Positions 59,560-64,000 of a stretch of 64,000 bases of DNA are shown here, piece by piece (the stretch's first letter is position 1; every line of letters begins with the position of its first letter). The notes beneath the pieces were generated by a model. The model saw nothing but the letters and a program-made list of their open reading frames with translations, had not been told where the DNA came from and made no database searches. Source of the stretch: Candidatus Omnitrophota bacterium (GTDB lineage: Bacteria > Omnitrophota > Gorgyraeia > Zapsychrales > Fredricksoniimonadaceae); contig JACQCF010000010.1 in the NCBI GenBank assembly GCA_016201795.1, positions 15,095-79,094 on the forward strand, given 5' to 3'. The translations under genes and the position numbers were made by a program.

Positions 59560-59982
59560 ATGGTCAAAGGACGCCGCCAGCAGGGGGTAACTTCTTTAGC
59601 CGAATACACCATGACGTTTTTTTTGGTGATCGCCGTGGTGGTGGCCATGACCACTTATATTCAGCGTTCCCTGCAGGCGCGTATACGCGATGCACGTCAT
59701 TACATGATTGCCGCCGTCAGCAATCAATGCGATGCCAATTGTATGAATGCCACAGGGTTAGCGGGCAGTAACACCATAGGAGAACAGTACGAGCCGTATT
59801 ATGCGGCAGTGAATGCGACGGTGAGTGCGGATAGCCTGGTTCGAAAAGGGCTTTTAGCACCAGGCGTTGGCAGTACGGGAATTTTTAGGGCGCAGACCAA
59901 CGAACAGAATCAAAGCGCCTCTGACAGCAACCAACTGCCGCCGGTCAATGCAGCGAATGATAAAGTATTGGGGGCGCAGTAA
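59560..59982 (+). CDS. Flp-type pilin paralogue, extended (QYEPYY subgroup)
   Basis: 140 aa MVKGRRQQG/VTSLAEYTMTFFLVIAVVVAM...GEQYEPYYAAVN. Confidence 0.65.
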   Translation: MVKGRRQQGVTSLAEYTMTFFLVIAVVVAMTTYIQRSLQARIRDARHYMIAAVSNQCDANCMNATGLAGSNTIGEQYEPYYAAVNATVSADSLVRKGLLAPGVGSTGIFRAQTNEQNQSASDSNQLPPVNAANDKVLGAQ

Positions 59983-60426
59983 ATGGTGAATAATAAACGT
60001 AGCAGAGTTTCCCCTCCCCTTGTGGGAGGGGTAAGGGGAGGGGAATTAAAAAGGCGCATCGTCTTGTTTCCCCCCACCCTGGCCCTCCCCACAAGGGGGA
60101 GGGAAAAAGAAGGCCAAACCGTTTTAGAGTACATTTTATTAATCGGCATTGTGACGATAGCGCTGGTGTACATGGGCACGGATATCAAGCGCGGTATCCA
60201 AAGCGTGATTAAAGTGACGGCTGATCAAATAGGCAATCAACAGCAGTCGGAGCAGGATTTTAGCGCCACTGGCGGATATCTGGTTAATTCAGCAAGTTCC
60301 GTCAAAGACATTAGCCACAGATCCGTGCAGGAAAGAATCGGCGTGGTGACAACGGCGAGCGATGATTTTATGCAGACGACGACCAACAGTCTGACCAATG
60401 CGGGCTTTACGCCGACGGGGAATTAA
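59983..60426 (+). CDS. Flp-type pilin paralogue with MITE copy C inserted in-frame in its leader peptide
   Basis: 147 aa. MVNNKRSRV is followed by 33 element-encoded codons, then KEG/QTVLEYILLIGIVTIALV. No alternative in-frame ATG, GTG or TTG start exists downstream of the element. Confidence 0.55.
   Translation: MVNNKRSRVSPPLVGGVRGGELKRRIVLFPPTLALPTRGREKEGQTVLEYILLIGIVTIALVYMGTDIKRGIQSVIKVTADQIGNQQQSEQDFSATGGYLVNSASSVKDISHRSVQERIGVVTTASDDFMQTTTNSLTNAGFTPTGN
60009..60105 (+). repeat. MITE-like G-rich palindromic element, copy C (inside the pilin ORF, ~99 bp)
   Basis: TTTCCCCTCCCCTTGTGGGAGGGGTAAGGGGAGGGGAATT...CCCCCCACCCTGGCCCTCCCCACAAGGGGGAGGGAAA. Confidence 0.7.
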
Positions 60427-60431
60427 GTAAA

Positions 60432-60585
60432 TTCCCCTCCCCTGGTGGGAGGGGTAAGGGGAGGGGAGATTGAAGATTTTAAGGTTTTGGAATCATGATG
60501 TGCCCAGGAATCGGGATGGGGTTTTACAAAAGATAGTTGATCGTTTGATTTCCCCCTCCCTAACCCTCCCCACAAGGGGGAGGGA
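60432..60585 (+). repeat. MITE-like G-rich palindromic element, copy D (long-spacer variant)
   Basis: Left end 60432-60468 and right end 60550-60585, with a ~85-nt spacer. The right end AGGGGGAGGGAAGG supplies an SD-like sequence 8 nt before the GTG at 60596. Confidence 0.7.
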
Positions 60586-60595
60586 AGGCCTGTTG

Positions 60596-60916
60596 GTGCG
60601 AGGCGTTAAAGGCCAGAGTTTTTTGGAATATTCCGTGCTGCTCATTATCATTCTGGCCGTATTTTTATCCATGCAGATGTACATCAAACGCGGCATTCAG
60701 GGCCGCTGGAAATCAGCGGTGGATGAATTCGGTGATCAATACGATCCGCGGGTGGCCAATTCCGCGGCCAGTTACACGTTACTGAGCAATTCCAGTACAC
60801 AGGTGACGGTTATTCCCGAAGCTAACGGCCAGGTGACCATGAGGCAGGACAGCACCAATGCGGTGGAGACCAAAGCGGGCAGCACCACGGTGGGGTCGGT
60901 TTCGGCTCAACCGTAA
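60596..60916 (+). CDS. Flp-type pilin paralogue (IKRGxQGR subgroup), probable GTG start
   Basis: VRGVKG/QSFLEYSVLLIIILAVFLSMQMYIKRGIQGRWKSAVDEFGDQY. The ORF track starts at TTG 60470, inside the repeat. Confidence 0.6.
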   Translation: MRGVKGQSFLEYSVLLIIILAVFLSMQMYIKRGIQGRWKSAVDEFGDQYDPRVANSAASYTLLSNSSTQVTVIPEANGQVTMRQDSTNAVETKAGSTTVGSVSAQP

Positions 60917-60921
60917 ATGGT

Positions 60922-60968
60922 GTCATTGCTTCGTCGTCCCGCCTTGGCGGGACTCCTCGCAATGACAC
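60922..60968. repeat. Palindromic repeat (GTCATTGC...GCAATGAC), short copy 5' of the large TadE-like gene
   Basis: GTCATTGCttcgtcGTCCCGCCttgGCGGGACtcctcGCAATGAC is a nested hairpin. The 60927-61006 stretch is duplicated at 63401-63480. Confidence 0.65.
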
Positions 60969-60977
60969 TTAATAGAT

Positions 60978-62651
60978 ATGAACAAACATAAAAAAGGCCA
61001 GGCGATAGTGGAAGCAGCCATCTTCGGCGCCATTTTGATTTTCTTAATGGGCACTATTCTGCGCACGCATGTCAGCGTCAGTCAAAATCAGAACCATCAG
61101 ATCAAGGCCCTGAAATTGGCGCTCTTGCAAAGCTTCAAGGGTTACAACCACAAGACCAGTTCCCGCAATTCCTCCAGCGTGCTTTTTGTGGAAGACCGCC
61201 TCTCACCGGATGTTAACAAATTCGCCGCCATTGACAGGTCGCCGTTTATTGCCGGCGGCTCAGGCACCATGAGCAACCGCCTGTTTTATCCGGTTGATGC
61301 CGGCGAGATCGGCAGCAATCTGCCGATCACCGACATTTTTATCAACGGCCAGCATTTTCCTTTGACCACCGCTTCTTTAGTGTTCAGGCGTATTTACCAG
61401 CCCGCGCCTGGGGTTTACCCATCCGTGCCCGGGGAAACTTGCCCGTTAGACACTAATGACCCCGAGCACTATAATTGCCTGCAGCAGCAGAACGAATATC
61501 TGACTCCTGCCACTTGCCCTACTCCTCCCTGCTCTCCTTATCCGCTTTTTTTTACCATGGCGGTCAACGGAACAGTGCAATATTGTTATAACACCACTCA
61601 GCTTACTGCAACATGCCACAACAATGTTTTGAATCAATTACAAAGTTTTCACCTGACGCGTCAATGGAGCGGTCCTAGCTTGTCCTTTACTCCTAACAAG
61701 GAAGTAGACTCCTCGATGTACCCTTATATGACCTGGCAATGGCAGGCGGTTAAGGGCACGGGCGATAATGTCAATATTGTCAAGCAAAACCAGGATGGCA
61801 GCGCCCCCAACACCGACAACAACGGTAAAATCAATGTCGACAAAACCAATGACGCGTATCCCTCTTTGGATGTGGATGGAGACAAAAAAGAAGAAACCGT
61901 CTACGCGGTCACGTGTCAATCCTCCAATAGTTTACAAAGTACTATTGATGGGGTGGATGATCAATATAAGATCAACGGAAAGATTTTATTGTTAGACAAC
62001 GGGACTGTTCTTGGCAACTCTGGCCTTCTGGCAAAATTGGGTTTTGACTGTTCTAGTTCAACAACGTGTATCAAGACGGATGGGTCCAATCAATCCCTGG
62101 AGTGCGATCCGAACGCATCTACGTTTTTAAAGTGTAAGTTTAAAGCCGACAGCAGCATTAGCGGTTGCACGAACAATGCACCCATCACAGGAGTCATCGC
62201 TTTGGATACCCAGCTGGGGGACATTGACCAAACCTTTGATAGTTCTTCTCATGGGCCCACACCCGGGCTTCAAGGGAATATGGGAATATACACCGAAGTC
62301 AGGCCGGGGACTTTTTTGCAAATCAAAGAAGGGAAGCTCTACAACCCCGAGACCCACCAGATGGTGCGAAGCATCAGCAGTAAAGACAGTGTGGATTTTA
62401 TCTCACGGACGTTTCAGTTAAGCAACGACACCAGACGCTTTTGCCCCGCAGTCGGAACTACTCCTGAGCTCACTGTAGACGGAGAGTCTAATCCCGTGCA
62501 GGTATGTGTCGATGGGACCACGACTACTTGTTTCGATGACAATTCCAGAAAGACCTGTTTTGACCGGGTTAACCGCATCCTTTATATTCGCACCAATGTG
62601 GGGGACAATCGGACCAGGAAATGGTTTACGGATGTAACTAAAGGACTATGA
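60978..62651 (+). CDS. TadE-like pseudopilin with large Cys-rich C-terminal domain (putative tip or adhesin subunit)
   Basis: 557 aa; N-terminus MNKHKKG/QAIVEAAIFGAILIFLMG is TadE-like. It is followed by ~500 aa rich in Cys, Asn, Thr and Asp (TCPTPPCSPYP, CQSSNSL, FDCSSSTTCIK). Confidence 0.65.
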   Translation: MNKHKKGQAIVEAAIFGAILIFLMGTILRTHVSVSQNQNHQIKALKLALLQSFKGYNHKTSSRNSSSVLFVEDRLSPDVNKFAAIDRSPFIAGGSGTMSNRLFYPVDAGEIGSNLPITDIFINGQHFPLTTASLVFRRIYQPAPGVYPSVPGETCPLDTNDPEHYNCLQQQNEYLTPATCPTPPCSPYPLFFTMAVNGTVQYCYNTTQLTATCHNNVLNQLQSFHLTRQWSGPSLSFTPNKEVDSSMYPYMTWQWQAVKGTGDNVNIVKQNQDGSAPNTDNNGKINVDKTNDAYPSLDVDGDKKEETVYAVTCQSSNSLQSTIDGVDDQYKINGKILLLDNGTVLGNSGLLAKLGFDCSSSTTCIKTDGSNQSLECDPNASTFLKCKFKADSSISGCTNNAPITGVIALDTQLGDIDQTFDSSSHGPTPGLQGNMGIYTEVRPGTFLQIKEGKLYNPETHQMVRSISSKDSVDFISRTFQLSNDTRRFCPAVGTTPELTVDGESNPVQVCVDGTTTTCFDDNSRKTCFDRVNRILYIRTNVGDNRTRKWFTDVTKGL

Positions 62652-62698
62652 AAACGTAAGAAGTAAATGGTTAATGGTACATGGTTAATGGTTAGAAA

Positions 62699-63049
62699 AT
62701 GTTTAAATTTGAAACATTGGATATTTGGAAGGAATCAGTAAAGTTTGCAGATGAAATTTATCAAGTAGTCAGGAACAGTTCAGATTATAGTTTAAATGAC
62801 CAAATTAAAAGGGCGGCAAATTCGATAGCTTTAAACATAGCTGAGGGTACAGGACGCGGTTCGAAAAATGATTTTAAAAGATTTATTCAGATTTCTATAG
62901 GGTCGCTGTATGAAGTAGTAACATGTTTATACATAATGAAAAATCATAAGGATATTACACAAGAGGCTTTCACAAGACTATATGAAAGATCGCAACAGTT
63001 GTCAAAGATGTTGCATGGTTTTATGAGTTATTTAGAGAAAGAACAGTAA
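62699..63049 (+). CDS. Four-helix-bundle protein (TIGR02436-like, 'S23 intervening-sequence protein' family)
   Basis: 116 aa MFKFETLDIWKESVKFADEIYQVV...RAANSIALNIAEGTGRGSKNDFKRFIQISIGSLYEV is the family signature. Confidence 0.7.
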   Translation: MFKFETLDIWKESVKFADEIYQVVRNSSDYSLNDQIKRAANSIALNIAEGTGRGSKNDFKRFIQISIGSLYEVVTCLYIMKNHKDITQEAFTRLYERSQQLSKMLHGFMSYLEKEQ

Positions 63050-63051
63050 CC

Positions 63052-63333
63052 ATGAACCATTTACCATTAACTATTAACCGTAGACGGCCTCGAAGAGGCC
63101 AGTCTACCATTGAATTTACTTTTGCCGTAGTAATGGTGGCCCTTTTGATTTTCGGGCTGATCAAGATTTTTCAGTGGGTGGGAATGAATTTTGCCCAGCG
63201 CTCTTGGGACTTGGACAATGCCCAGTTTGTAAAGCCGCCTATGGACAGCAGCTTTGTTGCCAACGAAGAGGCACAGCTGAACCATGATGCGTATAGGACC
63301 AAACGCCTTAATGCGTTTACGAGGAATTTTTGA
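63052..63333 (+). CDS. Flp/TadE-like pseudopilin
   Basis: 93 aa MNHLPLTINRRRPRRG/QSTIEFTFAVVMVALLIFGLI. Confidence 0.6.
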   Translation: MNHLPLTINRRRPRRGQSTIEFTFAVVMVALLIFGLIKIFQWVGMNFAQRSWDLDNAQFVKPPMDSSFVANEEAQLNHDAYRTKRLNAFTRNF

Positions 63334-63347
63334 ACGGTAAAGGAGGC

Positions 63348-63442
63348 GTCATTGCGAAGAAGCGAAGCGACTGAAGCAATCTTTTTCAATGCTAACAAGA
63401 TTGCTTCGTCGTCCCGCCTTGGCGGGACTCCTCGCAATGACA
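63348..63442. repeat. Palindromic repeat (GTCATTGCGAAG...CTCGCAATGAC), full copy 5' of the TadG-like gene
   Basis: gtcattgcgaagaagcgaagcgactgaagcaatc-tttttcaatgctaacaa-gattgcttcgtcgtcccgccttggcgggactcctcgcaatgacac. Confidence 0.65.
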
Positions 63443-63452
63443 CTTAATAGAT

Positions 63453-64000
63453 ATGAACAAACATAAAAAAGGCCAGGCCGCTTTGATCATGATCCTTGTT
63501 GCGGCCACGGCTCTTACCTTTTACGCCATTACCCTTAACTGGAGCCGTGTAGCGGATGTAAAAATCCATCATTGGATGGCCGCGACCAATGCCTCCACTC
63601 AATCGGCCTCACTGCTGGCTAGCTGGGGGGAAAGGACATTGTGGGAGGAGCTCATTCCCCTGGGAGACCCTCTCGATTACAATTCGGGGGTAATAGAGCA
63701 TGTAGAAAAAACATGGCTTTTTATCAAAATCCTTGTGATCATTATTGTGGTGATCATAACGATTTTTACTCTTGGTGCTACAGCCGCCTTGCTAGTTCTT
63801 GTTATAATGTTGGTTGCTTTAACTCTTGAATATGCGGTGATCACGCCGATGCAATTTGACATATGGAATAAACTGGAAAAAAATATGGCAGAGGAGCTGG
63901 ACCAATTCCGGGAAGAGGGGATAAGGACAGGCTTACAAGCTGCAGTCAATGATCCTGTAAACCTTCCGGACCGTTTTGACATGAACAGCAATGGCAAATT
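63453..64000 (+). CDS. TadE/TadG-like pseudopilin, 5' partial (continues beyond the window)
   Basis: MNKHKKG/QAALIMILVAATALTFYAIT... shares its first 8 codons and 5' UTR with the 60978 gene. A second hydrophobic segment LFIKILVIIIVVIITIFTLG follows. Confidence 0.55.
   Translation, partial: MNKHKKGQAALIMILVAATALTFYAITLNWSRVADVKIHHWMAATNASTQSASLLASWGERTLWEELIPLGDPLDYNSGVIEHVEKTWLFIKILVIIIVVIITIFTLGATAALLVLVIMLVALTLEYAVITPMQFDIWNKLEKNMAEELDQFREEGIRTGLQAAVNDPVNLPDRFDMNSNGK

Noticed and set aside
47100-60600. CRISPR array formed by the GGGAGGGG elements
   Set aside because: The copies are 0.4-10 kb apart and irregularly spaced. Each is an inverted-repeat pair, not a direct repeat, and they have no uniform spacers. 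They look MITE or REP-like rather than CRISPR.

Overview
This 64 kb window is chromosomal and spans the probable replication origin of an unidentified bacterium with moderate GC content. The left half is housekeeping and almost entirely minus-strand. It holds the 3' end of nuoG, then nuoFEDCBA, a DRTGG/CobQ-like ATPase, sucDC, a FTR1 iron-permease fusion with a cupredoxin partner, an HD-GYP sensor, cspA, tRNA-Gln with a GIY-YIG insertion, gltX, two PilZ proteins, ymdB-rny, 5-FCL with a probable 6S RNA, pheTS, rplT-rpmI-infC-thrS, and tRNA-Leu/Val/Cys. It continues with coaC-rpoZ-gmk-yicC, a relBE cassette, ndk, parB-parA, hicAB, yidC-yidD-rpmH, then the divergent dnaA-dnaN-DUF721-gyrB-gyrA block with clustered TTATCCACA DnaA boxes, then tRNA-Glu. 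The right third from about 49.2 kb is accessory. It holds an atypical Tad/Flp pilus locus with cpaB, a secretin fused to a TonB C-terminal domain, a TadZ-TadA fusion ATPase, eight or more tandem diversified Flp-type pilin paralogs, a 557-aa Cys-rich TadE-like protein and further pseudopilins. Into this locus are interspersed a second RelE/ParE toxin-antitoxin pair, a DUF4143 ATPase, a 500-aa unknown protein, a four-helix-bundle gene, and several families of palindromic or G-quadruplex-capable miniature repeats. One of those repeats sits in-frame inside a pilin leader. No CRISPR array, rRNA or obvious prophage is present.
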